DNA of 64,000 nucleotides from the NCBI GenBank assembly GCA_963829525.1, contig CAWHIJ010000003.1, positions 2,144,001 to 2,208,000 on the forward strand. Reading direction: 5' to 3'. Of the stretch, positions 18,472-28,582 are shown in pieces; position 1 is the stretch's first letter; each line of letters opens with the position of its first letter. Origin of the DNA: an uncultured Actinomycetota bacterium (lineage in GTDB: Bacteria > Actinomycetota > Actinomycetes > JAHEKZ01). Below the pieces are notes generated by a model. That model made no database searches. It saw nothing but the letters and a program-made list of their open reading frames with translations, and was not told where the DNA came from. A program made the position numbers and the translations under genes.

Positions 18472-18791
18472 ACGGCGGCGGGAACCCCGGCCGCGGCTCG
18501 GGATCCATCTTCGCCATCCTCACCCCGACGAGTTGGCACAGCGGGTGCAGAGGCGAGCTCGGCGAGGGCGATGTCGTCGCCAACGTTGCGTAGGACCTGG
18601 GAGAGCGGGACTTCAAGAGCTCCACAGATCGAGGCGAGCAACTCGCTGCTGGCCTCTTTCTGACCACGCTCGATCTCCGAGAGGTATCCCAGGGAGACCC
18701 GAGCCGACGCGGAGACCTGGCGGAGCGTACGACCCTGTTGCTGCCGCTGACGGCGCAACTCATCGCCGAGGTGTTGACGTAACACGATCAT
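18468..18791 (-). CDS. clgR: XRE-family regulator, ClgR-like
   Basis: [46 protein letters not shown]; downstream of cinA. Confidence 0.8.
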   Translation of the reverse strand: MIVLRQHLGDELRRQRQQQGRTLRQVSASARVSLGYLSEIERGQKEASSELLASICGALEVPLSQVLRNVGDDIALAELASAPAVPTRRGEDGEDGSRAAAGVPAAV

Positions 18792-18838
18792 CGGCGCTCC
18801 CTCCGATCCAGGCCCGAAACAGGATCCAACACAACGAT

Positions 18839-19411
18839 CTAAACCATGTCCCCGTTGGCGGGGGTTGCCCCAGTGTAACCGCGGGGACCCACAGAGGCTT
18901 CCCCGGCGAGCCCGAGGCGCTCCAGAACCGCCGCCAGCGCGATCTGGACGGTCTTCTGCCGGATGGATCCCCGGTCACCTTCCGCGGCCAGATCGAGCCG
19001 GTGCACGACAGATCCCGCGGCATCTGAGATCGCCACGTAGACCTCGCCGACCGGGCACCCCGCCTGTGGGTCGGGTCCGGCCACCCCGGTGGTGGCGAGC
19101 CCGACATCGGCCTGCCACAGCTGCCGAACCGACGATGCCATTGCTACGGCCACTCGCGAGTCCACGGGCCCGCGGGACGCGAGGAGGTCGGCGTCGACAT
19201 GGAGAACGGACGACTTCGTATCGGTGGCGTAGACGACGGGGCCCCCACGCAACACCGCACTGGCCCCCGGTACCTCCGTCAGCGTGGCCATGACCAACCC
19301 ACCGGTGAGTGACTCAGCCACCGCCAGAGTGAGATCTCGCTGGCTCATGGCCTGCACCACGGCCGCTGCGCCGTGGCCCGCCGCTGGCAGCGCAGCTGCA
19401 GACTCGGTCAC
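18839..19411 (-). CDS. cinA: CinA C-terminal domain protein (NMN deamidase PncC-like)
   Basis: [23 protein letters not shown]; GTGA overlap with pgsA. Confidence 0.88.
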   Translation of the reverse strand: MTESAAALPAAGHGAAAVVQAMSQRDLTLAVAESLTGGLVMATLTEVPGASAVLRGGPVVYATDTKSSVLHVDADLLASRGPVDSRVAVAMASSVRQLWQADVGLATTGVAGPDPQAGCPVGEVYVAISDAAGSVVHRLDLAAEGDRGSIRQKTVQIALAAVLERLGLAGEASVGPRGYTGATPANGDMV

Positions 19412-20010
19412 GCCTGAGCCTGCCGCTGCGGCGTCTCGGCCGTTCCCCGACGCAGGGCCATCGCGCGGAACGTGTAGTCGACGCCCGTCACCACAGTCAC
19501 TATGACAGCGGCGCCCATGACCCACTCGGCCACGGCGAAGGCTCCGCTGGCCAATGGCAGGAGATACAGGGTGATGGCCAAGATCTGCAGCGCCGTCTTG
19601 AGCTTGCCTCCACGACTGGCGGCGATCACGCCGTGCCGGATCACCCAGAACCGCAGCCCGGTGACAGCGATCTCTCGGGAGATGATCACGATCGTCACCC
19701 ACCAGGGCAGCAGCTCGAACCACGAGAGCAGCACGAGAGCAGATCCGGTCAGGGCCTTGTCGGCGATGGGGTCGGCGATCTTGCCGAACGATGTCACCTG
19801 GCCAGTGCGCCGAGCCCACTCTCCATCGACGAGATCGGTCACCGCTGCCACGAGGAAGATCAGGGCCGCCCAGGCCTGCCATGCCTCAGCGTCGCGTTCG
19901 AAGCCCACCCACGCGACCACCAAGAAGACCGGAACGAGCAGCAGGCGGCCAACCGTCAGCGCGTTGGGAACGTTCCACGAGGAGACTTCAGCAGTGCTCT
20001 CGTCGCTCAT
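19408..20010 (-). CDS. pgsA: CDP-diacylglycerol--glycerol-3-phosphate 3-phosphatidyltransferase
   Basis: NVPNALT, TDLVDGEWARR..TSFGKIADPIADK motif. Confidence 0.95.
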   Translation of the reverse strand: MSDESTAEVSSWNVPNALTVGRLLLVPVFLVVAWVGFERDAEAWQAWAALIFLVAAVTDLVDGEWARRTGQVTSFGKIADPIADKALTGSALVLLSWFELLPWWVTIVIISREIAVTGLRFWVIRHGVIAASRGGKLKTALQILAITLYLLPLASGAFAVAEWVMGAAVIVTVVTGVDYTFRAMALRRGTAETPQRQAQA

Positions 20011-21416
20011 CAGCGCTGGCCCGACGTCATCGGCTCGGCGATGAGGTCGACGCCGGCAGAGGCTACGACCAGCGCCTCGATCCATGTTCCGATCGGAGCC
20101 TCGACGCCAGGCAGCTCCACCACTCCATCAACGTCGGGCCCCTGGTGAGCCGCTCGTCCGATCGATACTCCGTCGGCATGTTCCTCGACCAAGACATGCA
20201 ACACCTCACCAATCCGCTCAGCTGCCCGATCGGCCACCAGCGCCTCAACGAGCTGGTCGACGTGCCGGCGACGCTCCTCGATCTCCTGATCGGAGAGCTG
20301 TCCGCTGAGGTGAGCAGCCTCGGTGCCGTCCTCATCGGAGTAGCCGAAGACACCGACGACATCGAGCCGGGCATCGGTCAGGAAATCGGTGAGCAGGTGG
20401 ATATCGTCTTCGGTCTCGCCAGGGAATCCAACGATGACGTTCGAACGAATTCCCGCAGTCGGCGCCTGCGCCCGCACAGAGCCGATCAGAGTGAGGAAAG
20501 CCTCGGCGTCACCGAACCGGCGCATCCGACGGAGCAGTGGACCGCTGGCGTGCTGGAAGGACAGGTCGAAGTACGGCGCAACGCCAGGCGTACCCGCCAT
20601 CACCTCCACGAGACTCGGGCGCACCTCGGCCGGCTGCAGATAGCTGACTCTGACCCGGTCGATGCCGTCGACCGCAACCAGGTTCGGCAGCAGGCGTTCC
20701 AGCGCTTGCAGGTCGCCGAGGTCCTTGCCATAGGAGGTTGAGTTCTCGCTCACCAGAAATACCTCGCGGACGCCGCGCGCGGCAAGCCACCCTGTCTCGT
20801 CGACGATCGCCTGTGGCGACCGCGAGACGAACGAACCGCGGAAACGGGGAATCGCGCAGAAGGCGCAGCGACGGTCGCACCCGGAGGCAATCTTCACCGG
20901 CGCCATGGGGCTGGAGTCCAGGCGCCGGCGCGGCACCCTCGGCCCGGACGCCGGTCCGGCAAGACCGGGGGCCGGCGCCGCAGGGACCGCACGGTCCGCC
21001 GGCGCCAGAGGCAGCAGCAACCGGCGGTCCTGCGGAACGGGAGCGGCCGGACGGTCTCCAGCCAGAACCGCCTGCACCTTGGCAGCGATGTCGGGGTAGT
21101 CGTCGAAACCGAGCACCGCGTCGACCTCGCCCAGCTCACCGGCCAACTCGGTGCCATAACGCTCGGCCAGGCACCCGACGGCAATGACCGCCTGCGGTCC
21201 ACCAACCCTCTTGAGGTCTGCGGCGGCCAACATGGTGTCGATCGAGTCCTTCTTGGCTGCGGCCACGAAGCCGCAGGTGTTGACGACTACGGCATCTGCG
21301 TCCGCCGGCTCGTCGACGAGTTCGAGGCCGGCCTCAGCGAAGCGTCCAGCAAGCTCTTCGGAATCGACCTCGTTGCGCGCACAACCAAGGGTTACCAACG
21401 ACACCCGCGGCGTCAC
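20010..21416 (-). CDS. rimO: Ribosomal protein S12 methylthiotransferase RimO
   Basis: [12 protein letters not shown], radical SAM motif [12 protein letters not shown]-like tail. Confidence 0.95.
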   Translation of the reverse strand: MTPRVSLVTLGCARNEVDSEELAGRFAEAGLELVDEPADADAVVVNTCGFVAAAKKDSIDTMLAAADLKRVGGPQAVIAVGCLAERYGTELAGELGEVDAVLGFDDYPDIAAKVQAVLAGDRPAAPVPQDRRLLLPLAPADRAVPAAPAPGLAGPASGPRVPRRRLDSSPMAPVKIASGCDRRCAFCAIPRFRGSFVSRSPQAIVDETGWLAARGVREVFLVSENSTSYGKDLGDLQALERLLPNLVAVDGIDRVRVSYLQPAEVRPSLVEVMAGTPGVAPYFDLSFQHASGPLLRRMRRFGDAEAFLTLIGSVRAQAPTAGIRSNVIVGFPGETEDDIHLLTDFLTDARLDVVGVFGYSDEDGTEAAHLSGQLSDQEIEERRRHVDQLVEALVADRAAERIGEVLHVLVEEHADGVSIGRAAHQGPDVDGVVELPGVEAPIGTWIEALVVASAGVDLIAEPMTSGQR

Positions 21417-21417
21417 G

Positions 21418-22237
21418 TCAGCCTGCAGTCCCGTCGGGATCCTTCGGGGTGAACTCCAGACTGGCGACCTCACCCTGACCTCCAGGTGAACCGAGGTCCT
21501 GGCCGTTGACGGTGAGCTTGACGCCTGCCGCGTTGCCCAAGACGACCTTGAGGTTTCTGTCGTCCCGGAACGTCTTCGACTGCCCGCTACCGATGTTGCC
21601 GGTGAACGCGATCGAACCATCTGAGCGGGTCACCTGCACCCAGCTGATGCCGACTGGGAGCGCAGTGATTTGAACAACAACTTCGTCAGGGGTTGCCTCG
21701 GCGACCTGAGTCGGCTTGTCGGATGGGTCGTTCGTCTCGGGATCGGTCGCGCTTGGCGTTGGCTCGGGTTCGGCCACAGTTGTGGTGGGACGGCCATCGT
21801 CAGATGTCGTGAAGACCTGTGCCACGACCAACCCGACCGCTATCACCAGTGCGGCGGCCATGATGGCGCTCCAGTTCGCCCCTCTGCGGCGAGAGGGTGC
21901 TGCGGTCTCTGACTCGAAGACCTCGGTGGCAGAGGGGGCCACCGAGCCGTGCTCAAGGTCGTATGCCTCGATCCACGGGGTGGCATCAACACCGACTGCG
22001 GTTGCGATCGCCCTGAGGTGACCGCGGGCGTACACGTCGCCGCCGCAGTGGGCGAAGTTGTCCGTCTCGATCTCGCCGATCACCGTCGCCCGGATCCGGG
22101 TACGCTCGGCGACCTCGGCGAGCGAGAGGCCAGCTGCTGCACGAGCCGCAGAGACCTCGTGACCGATGGACTGCGAATGCTTTGGAGCTGGGTTTTCGGG
22201 CGCTGAGGTTTTCGGGCGCTGGCGACTCTCCGGACAC
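21418..22237 (-). CDS. rodZ: RodZ-like HTH-TM-DUF4115 protein, with a 1-nt frameshift near 22206
   Basis: [46 protein letters not shown]. The RBS-preceded GTG at 22237 is one base out of frame with the gene body. Confidence 0.8.
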
Positions 22238-22362
22238 GTGACCTCCCCTCTGAGCGCAGACTGTTGACACCCCTAGTCTACGGCCGGGGGTGCTGGCAAG
22301 ACAAAGCCGCCAAACGGTCCTCATTCGCGTCCCGGCTGACCCAATGCTCAGGCGGCTCGCAA

Positions 22363-24912
22363 CTACTCCCCTCGGAGGGTGATCAACACAGCTGGAAGCT
22401 CATCTGGCTTGACCAGCACATCGCGCGCTTTGGAGCCCTCAGAGGGGCCGACAATCCCTCTGCTCTCCATGAGGTCCATCAGTCGTCCGGCCTTGGCAAA
22501 GCCCACGCGCAGTTTGCGCTGCAGCATCGACGTGGACCCGAACTGCGTGTCGACGACAAGCTCTACAGCCTGGAGCAAAAGGTCCAGATCGTCGCCGATG
22601 TCACCGTCGACTTCTCTGCGGGTTGGGGCAGCCGTGATGTCGTCGCGGTAGGTCGGCTGTAGCTGACCTTTGACGTGCGCGACGACCGCCGCAACTTCTG
22701 CCTCGGTAACCCACGACCCTTGAACCCGGATGGGCTTGCTCGCACCCATCGGAAGGAAGAGCGCGTCGCCTTGGCCGACGAGCTTCTCTGCACCAGGCTG
22801 GTCGAGGATCACTCGACTGTCGGCAAGCGACGATGTGGCGAAGGCAAACCGACTGGGCACGTTCGCCTTGATCAGACCCGTGACCACATCGACGCTCGGA
22901 CGTTGGGTAGCCAACACCAGGTGGATCCCAGCGGCTCGTGCGAGCTGGGTGATGCGGACGATCGAGTCCTCGACGTCTCGCGGGGCCACCATCATCAGAT
23001 CAGCGAGCTCGTCGACGACGACGAGCAGGTATGGATACGGCTGCAGGTTGCGCTCACTACCGGTCGGCGGCTTGACCGAACCCGCGCGCACCGCCTTGTT
23101 GAAGTCGTCGACATGTCGAAAGCCGTACGCCGCAAGATCGTCGTAGCGCATCTCCATCTCGCGTACGACCCACTGCAGGGCGTCGGCTGCCTTCTTCGGG
23201 CTGGTGATGATCGGTGTGATCAGGTGTGGGATGCCTTCGTAGACCGTTAGCTCAACGCGCTTGGGGTCGACAAGGACCATGCGCACCTCGTCTGGTGTCG
23301 AGCGCATGAGAATGCTGGTGATCAACGCATTCATGCATCCGCTCTTGCCTGCACCGGTGGCGCCGGCAACCAGAACGTGCGGCATTTTCGCCAGATTCGC
23401 ACAGACGTACCCACCCTCGACGTCCTTGCCGAGGCCCACCACCATCGGGTGGTGGTCACTGCTAGCGGCCGACGAGCGCATGACATCGCCGAGGCTGACG
23501 ATCTCGCGGTCGGTATTCGGTATCTCGATCCCGATTGCCGACTTGCCGGGGATGGGCGAAAGGATTCGGACGTCGGCGCTAGCCACCGCGTACGCGATGT
23601 TCTTGCTGAGCGCAGTGACGCGCTCCACCTTGATTCCGGGGCCGAGCTCGACCTCGTACCTCGTGACAGTTGGCCCGCGGGTAAAACCGGTGACCCTCGC
23701 GTCGATCCCGAACTGCTCCAGCACCTCGGTCAGCGACGCGACGACGGCGTCGTTGGCCTTGCTGCGCAGCTTGTGCGGGGTTCCGGTGCGCAGCAAGGAA
23801 GGGTCGGGGAGCGTGTAGGTGACATCGCCGCCCAAGAGCAGCTGCTCCACACGCGCTGGAAGGGGAGACGAGGTGGAGACCTCGCCCAGCTTGGTGACCG
23901 GACCGCTTTCTGGGACGGTCCCCGGCGCGATGAGAGCCGGAGAGGGAACCGCGACTACGTCGAAGTCACCGTTGTCGAGGTCGTCGATGCCCTCGACAAC
24001 CGAGAGCTCGTCGGCCAGCACAGGTGACTCGAAGGCCTCTGGGCCCGTGGGCAGCAACAGCTCAGGCTCTCGTCTCGAGCGGAACCATCTGCGACTGCGC
24101 CGTCTGGGATGCCCTTCGGTTCCTCCCAGGTCGTGGCTGTCCGCGTCGACAAGGTCGATCACCTCCTCAACCGGCCGGCCGTAGAGCACCCGGTCACGAA
24201 TGACGGCGAGCCGCTCGGGCACCTGGTGCACCGGGGTCGCGGTCAAGATGAGGAGGCCGAAGGCGACCATCAGCAGCATCAGTGGAACAGCGAGCCAAAC
24301 CGTCAGACCCGATACGAGAGGCGCGGCCACCATGAATCCCAGGAACCCCCCACCTGAGCGCATCGCCTCAGATCCTTCAAACGGCTGGGGCGTTCCGGCG
24401 AGCGCGTGCGCGATCCCGAGCACACCGCCGATCGTGGCTGCCCACCCGATCACCAGTCGGCCGGTGGGGGCATGGCCTGCTGGATGACGGAGTACCCACC
24501 ACGACAGCCCTATGAGAACAAGGGGCACCGCCCAGGCAAGCCTTCCAGCACTGCCGAGCACCACGGCGTCTGCCGTGACGTCGACGGGGCCATCCAGGGA
24601 CCACCACTGCGAAGCGGCAGCCACCAGCGCGATGGCGAGCAGCAGCAGTCCGATCCCGTCGCGGCGCTGCTCGGGGTCGAGGTCACGGGCGCTCGAGCCG
24701 ATTCGTCGAGCGGCGCCACCGAGCAGGTGAGCGAGTCCGAGCCAGATACCCCTGACCGCGAGCCACAGCGCACGTACCAGCCGCTTCACCGGTCCTGGGC
24801 CGCGCCTGGCAGTGCGCGCGCGGGTGCGAGCGGAGCTCGATGTGCGCTTGGGCGTGGGGCGCGTGCTCGAGGGACGCGAGCGAGTCGCACCCCGTGGGGA
24901 AGACGAGGCCAT
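22363..24912 (-). CDS. ftsK: DNA translocase FtsK
   Basis: N-terminal TMs, AGATGAGKS, DELADLMM, ATQRPS, gamma domain STSMLQRKLRVG. Confidence 0.97.
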   Translation of the reverse strand: MASSSPRGATRSRPSSTRPTPKRTSSSARTRARTARRGPGPVKRLVRALWLAVRGIWLGLAHLLGGAARRIGSSARDLDPEQRRDGIGLLLLAIALVAAASQWWSLDGPVDVTADAVVLGSAGRLAWAVPLVLIGLSWWVLRHPAGHAPTGRLVIGWAATIGGVLGIAHALAGTPQPFEGSEAMRSGGGFLGFMVAAPLVSGLTVWLAVPLMLLMVAFGLLILTATPVHQVPERLAVIRDRVLYGRPVEEVIDLVDADSHDLGGTEGHPRRRSRRWFRSRREPELLLPTGPEAFESPVLADELSVVEGIDDLDNGDFDVVAVPSPALIAPGTVPESGPVTKLGEVSTSSPLPARVEQLLLGGDVTYTLPDPSLLRTGTPHKLRSKANDAVVASLTEVLEQFGIDARVTGFTRGPTVTRYEVELGPGIKVERVTALSKNIAYAVASADVRILSPIPGKSAIGIEIPNTDREIVSLGDVMRSSAASSDHHPMVVGLGKDVEGGYVCANLAKMPHVLVAGATGAGKSGCMNALITSILMRSTPDEVRMVLVDPKRVELTVYEGIPHLITPIITSPKKAADALQWVVREMEMRYDDLAAYGFRHVDDFNKAVRAGSVKPPTGSERNLQPYPYLLVVVDELADLMMVAPRDVEDSIVRITQLARAAGIHLVLATQRPSVDVVTGLIKANVPSRFAFATSSLADSRVILDQPGAEKLVGQGDALFLPMGASKPIRVQGSWVTEAEVAAVVAHVKGQLQPTYRDDITAAPTRREVDGDIGDDLDLLLQAVELVVDTQFGSTSMLQRKLRVGFAKAGRLMDLMESRGIVGPSEGSKARDVLVKPDELPAVLITLRGE

Positions 24913-25026
24913 GGTTGGCAGGCTACCGAGCGTCTTGACCCGATCACCGCTGATCGCGCGGTGTGTCGCGCTCCTTGGCACCCCAGCGGACGCCAGAACC
25001 CCTCGGAATCGGGGGGATCGCCGGCC

Positions 25027-26715
25027 TCAGACCTCGATGACGACCGGGATGATCATCGGCTTGCGTCGATGCGCGCTGCTGACCCAGCGACCCACGGTGC
25101 GCCGGACGACTTGCTGCAGCTGGTGCGCTTCGCCTATCCCTCGGCCTCCTGCATCTTCCAATGCGGCGGTAATGAGTGGAAGGACGTCATTGAACACCGA
25201 GTCGTCCTCGAGGAACCCGCGGGCGGACACGACGGGGCCACCCACCACCTTCCCCGTGGCAGAGTCGACAACGACGTGAACCGAGATGAAACCCTCGGAG
25301 CCCAGGATGCGGCGGTCCTTCAGGGAGGCTTCGGTGATGTTGCCCACCGACGCTCCGTCGACGTAGACGTATCCGCAGGGAACAGCCCCGACGATGCGCG
25401 CGTGACCGTCGACCAGGTCGACGACAACGCCGTCCTCGGCCATCGGGACGTTGCGCGGCTCGACACCGGTCGCAATTGCGAGGTCAGCGTTGGCGCGCAG
25501 GTGTCGAGTCTCTCCGTGAACCGGCATGACGTTCGTCGGCCGCACGATGTTGTACAGGTAGAGAAGTTCGCCTGCGGCAGCGTGCCCGGAGACGTGAACC
25601 ATCGCGTTGCCCTTGTGCACCACCGTGGCGCCCCACCGCATCAGTCCGTTGATCACCCGGTAGACGGCGTTCTCGTTGCCGGGGATCAGCGACGAAGCGA
25701 GGATGACGGTGTCGTCCGGTCCCAGCACGATGCTGTGGTCACGTCCGGCGATGCGAGAGAGCACTGCCATCGGCTCACCCTGTGATCCGGTGCAGATCAG
25801 CACAACGCCATCGTCAGGATGGTCGTCGAGCGACTTGACATCGACAACGGTGTCAGCCGGGATCGTCAGATACCCCAGGTCGCGGGCGATGCCCATGTTC
25901 CGCACCATCGAGCGACCGACGAACGCCACTTTGCGTCGATGCTTGCGAGCGATGTCGATGATCTGCTGAACGCGATGGATGTGCGAGGCAAACGAGGCCA
26001 CGATGATCCGGCGCTCGCTCTGGGCAAAGTACCTGTCAAGGACGGGCACGATGTCCTTCTCGGAGGCAACGAACCCGGGCACCTCGGCGTTGGTGGAGTC
26101 GACCAACATCAGGTCAACCCCTTCATCGCCCAACCGGGCAAAGGCGCGAAGATCGGTGACGCGGCCGTCGAGAGGCAACTGGTCCATCTTGAAGTCACCG
26201 GTGTGAACTACCAGTTGGCCTGCTGGAGTGCGTATTGCGACAGCCAGCGCGTCAGGGATGGAGTGGTTGACGGCGATGTACTCGAGATCAAACGGCGCCA
26301 AAGCGGTGCGGCCGCCTTCGGTCACCGTCGTCGTGACCGGGGTGATCCGATGCTCACGCAGCTTGGCCTCGACGAACGCCAAGGTCAGTCGCGAGCCAAA
26401 GAGCGGAATATCAGCACGCTCGCGGAGCAGGTAGGGCACGGCTCCGATGTGATCCTCGTGCCCGTGAGTGAGCACCAGCCCGACGACGTCATCAAGACGG
26501 TCTCTGATGTAGTCGAAGTCGGGGAGGATCAGATCGATCCCGGGCTGGTCGTCTTCTGGGAAGAGCACGCCACAGTCGACGATCAAGAGCTTGCCCTCAA
26601 ACTCGAAGACCGTCATGTTGCGGCCGATCTCGCCGAGTCCTCCGAGCGGGACGATGCGCAATGACCCTTGTGGGGCAGGAGGTGGGGGTCCGAGCTCGGG
26701 GTGCGGATGGCTCAT
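25027..26715 (-). CDS. rnj: Ribonuclease J
   Basis: PLGGLGEIGRN, THGHEDH, HTGDFK, HVSGH. Confidence 0.97.
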   Translation of the reverse strand: MSHPHPELGPPPPAPQGSLRIVPLGGLGEIGRNMTVFEFEGKLLIVDCGVLFPEDDQPGIDLILPDFDYIRDRLDDVVGLVLTHGHEDHIGAVPYLLRERADIPLFGSRLTLAFVEAKLREHRITPVTTTVTEGGRTALAPFDLEYIAVNHSIPDALAVAIRTPAGQLVVHTGDFKMDQLPLDGRVTDLRAFARLGDEGVDLMLVDSTNAEVPGFVASEKDIVPVLDRYFAQSERRIIVASFASHIHRVQQIIDIARKHRRKVAFVGRSMVRNMGIARDLGYLTIPADTVVDVKSLDDHPDDGVVLICTGSQGEPMAVLSRIAGRDHSIVLGPDDTVILASSLIPGNENAVYRVINGLMRWGATVVHKGNAMVHVSGHAAAGELLYLYNIVRPTNVMPVHGETRHLRANADLAIATGVEPRNVPMAEDGVVVDLVDGHARIVGAVPCGYVYVDGASVGNITEASLKDRRILGSEGFISVHVVVDSATGKVVGGPVVSARGFLEDDSVFNDVLPLITAALEDAGGRGIGEAHQLQQVVRRTVGRWVSSAHRRKPMIIPVVIEV

Positions 26716-27623
26716 GCGGTAAATCCCTCGACGCCGCCATCGGCAAGGTCGAGCGTCAAGGTGGCGAACTCTTCCTGGGTGAGATCGACAAGCGGTGGTC
26801 GGACGGCACCACCGATCACCCCGAGCTGGGAGAGGGCCGCCTTGGTGGTCATCAGCCCCTGTGTCCGGAAGAGGCCGGTGTAGACCGGGAGAAGGCCGAG
26901 ATGCAGGCGCGTCGCAGTGAACACGTCGCCTGACTCATAGGCAGCGATCATCTCACCGATCCGACGAGCCACCAGATGCGCGGCCACGCTGACAACGCCG
27001 ACGCCACCGATACTCAACAGCGGCAGGGTCAGGACGTCATCACCGGAGTACCAGGCAAGGTCAGTACGGGCGATCACCCACGAGGAAGCTTCAAGATCTG
27101 CTTTGGCATCTTTGACTGCGACGATCTTCTCGTGTTCGGCCGCTCGCACCATCGTCTCGACGTCGATCGCGACTCCTGTGCGCCCCGGGATGTCGTAGAG
27201 CATGACGGGAAGCTCTGTTGAGTCAGCCACCATCGTCAGGTGGGTGAGCACACCCTCCTGTGGAGGCCGGTTGTAGTAAGGAGACACCACCAGCAGCGCG
27301 TGCGCACCCGCCTTCGCGGCCAGCCGGGCCCGTTCGATCGCATGGACGGTGTCGTTGCTGCTCGCTCCCGCGAGAATCAAGGCACGGTCCCCCACCGCAT
27401 CGACAACGGCTCGAACGACAAGCTCCTGCTCGTGGTCGGTGGTGGTCGGTGACTCTCCCGTTGTGCCGTTGACCACGAGACCGTCGTTCCCCTGATCAAC
27501 GAGATAGGTAGCCAGCTGTTGTACGGCGTCAATATCGACGGAGAGGTCGGAGCGGAAGGGCGTGACCATCGCTGTGAGCACCCGGCCGAACGGGGCACGT
27601 CGCGAGGCGGACTGCTGGGTCAT
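26712..27623 (-). CDS. dapA: 4-hydroxy-tetrahydrodipicolinate synthase
   Basis: TAMVTPF, GTTGES, PYYNRP, YDIPGR, VKDA. Confidence 0.96.
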   Translation of the reverse strand: MTQQSASRRAPFGRVLTAMVTPFRSDLSVDIDAVQQLATYLVDQGNDGLVVNGTTGESPTTTDHEQELVVRAVVDAVGDRALILAGASSNDTVHAIERARLAAKAGAHALLVVSPYYNRPPQEGVLTHLTMVADSTELPVMLYDIPGRTGVAIDVETMVRAAEHEKIVAVKDAKADLEASSWVIARTDLAWYSGDDVLTLPLLSIGGVGVVSVAAHLVARRIGEMIAAYESGDVFTATRLHLGLLPVYTGLFRTQGLMTTKAALSQLGVIGGAVRPPLVDLTQEEFATLTLDLADGGVEGFTA

Positions 27624-27667
27624 ACCTGCAGGCTATCGGGAGTCGTCAGCGGAAGGGAGGACCCCAC

Positions 27668-27763
27668 GTGCGAGAAACCCCCAGGCGACCTGACACACCT
27701 GGCGTGAGGTGCGAGAAACCCCCAGGCGACCTGACACACCTGGCGTGAGGTGCGAGAAACCCC
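27668..27763. repeat. 41-bp tandem repeat, 2 copies plus a partial third
   Basis: GTGCGAGAAACCCCCAGGCGACCTGACACACCTGGCGTGAG starts at 27668 and 27709; partial copy at 27750. Confidence 0.92.
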
Positions 27764-27800
27764 GTCACCACCCGCTCGGGGGGTCGGTCGGTGACGGGGT
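27759..27800 (-). terminator. Hairpin downstream of thyX, probable terminator
   Basis: ACCCCGTCACC/GGTGACGGGGT 11-bp stem followed by TTCT on the minus strand. Confidence 0.55.
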
Positions 27801-27850
27801 CGTCCGCTCATCGTTCCTCGACGCCGCTCCGTTACACCCAAGGGGCAGAG

Positions 27851-28573
27851 CTAGGGCGAAACCCGCCCAGCTGCCTCGAAGGCTCGGTGCGTGACCGGCA
27901 TCAGCCCGGCCCAAAAGGTCTCCATCTGCTCAGCGACCATCTCGATCTCGCGCTGTGGATAGGAGGGGAAGGCTGACCCCTCGCGCTTGGTGCGGAGCGA
28001 GAGGAAGTTCATCAGCGACCGAGCGTTCATCGTCACGTACATCGAGGAGTAGGTGGCGACAGGAAGGACGCCGCGAGCAACCTCTCTGGCCACACCGGCA
28101 TCAAGCATCTCTTGGTACGCCCGGTACGAGGACTCGCATGCCTGCTTGGTCTGCTCGACAACGGTGGAGTACTGCTCATCTGTCCCGTCGACGAAGACAT
28201 AGTGACCGGGCTTGCCCTCCTGAACCAGCTTCCGGTCCGCTGCTGGCACGTAGAAGACAGGTCGCAGCTCGCGGTAGCGACCGGACTCCTCGTTGTACGA
28301 GGCGATCCGGTGCCGCATGAACTCACGGAAGACGAAAATCGGCGCCTGCACGTAGAAGGTCATCGAGTTGTGCTCGAACGGAGAACCGTGCCGTTCGCGC
28401 ATCAGGAAGCGAATCAGCCCCTCGGATCGACCAGCGTCGGTGTCGATGTCATCGAGGGACTGCTCCCCCAACGTTGAGACACGAGCTGCGAAGAGAACGT
28501 CGGCATCTTGGGCAGCCGCCCGAACCAGCTCGACGGTCATGTCACTGCGGAACTGCATTTCAAGATCGCTCAC
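27851..28573 (-). CDS. thyX: FAD-dependent thymidylate synthase
   Basis: HGSPFEH, REFMRHRIASYNEESGRY motif. Confidence 0.96.
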   Translation of the reverse strand: MSDLEMQFRSDMTVELVRAAAQDADVLFAARVSTLGEQSLDDIDTDAGRSEGLIRFLMRERHGSPFEHNSMTFYVQAPIFVFREFMRHRIASYNEESGRYRELRPVFYVPAADRKLVQEGKPGHYVFVDGTDEQYSTVVEQTKQACESSYRAYQEMLDAGVAREVARGVLPVATYSSMYVTMNARSLMNFLSLRTKREGSAFPSYPQREIEMVAEQMETFWAGLMPVTHRAFEAAGRVSP

Positions 28574-28582
28574 AAGGTCACC

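Noticed and set aside
27668-27763. Possible mini-CRISPR
   Set aside because: Units are fully identical with no unique spacers, and there are no cas genes in the window.
27624-27850. Lysine riboswitch upstream of dapA
   Set aside because: No L-box core recognisable; the space is taken by repeats and a hairpin, and dapA looks leaderless.
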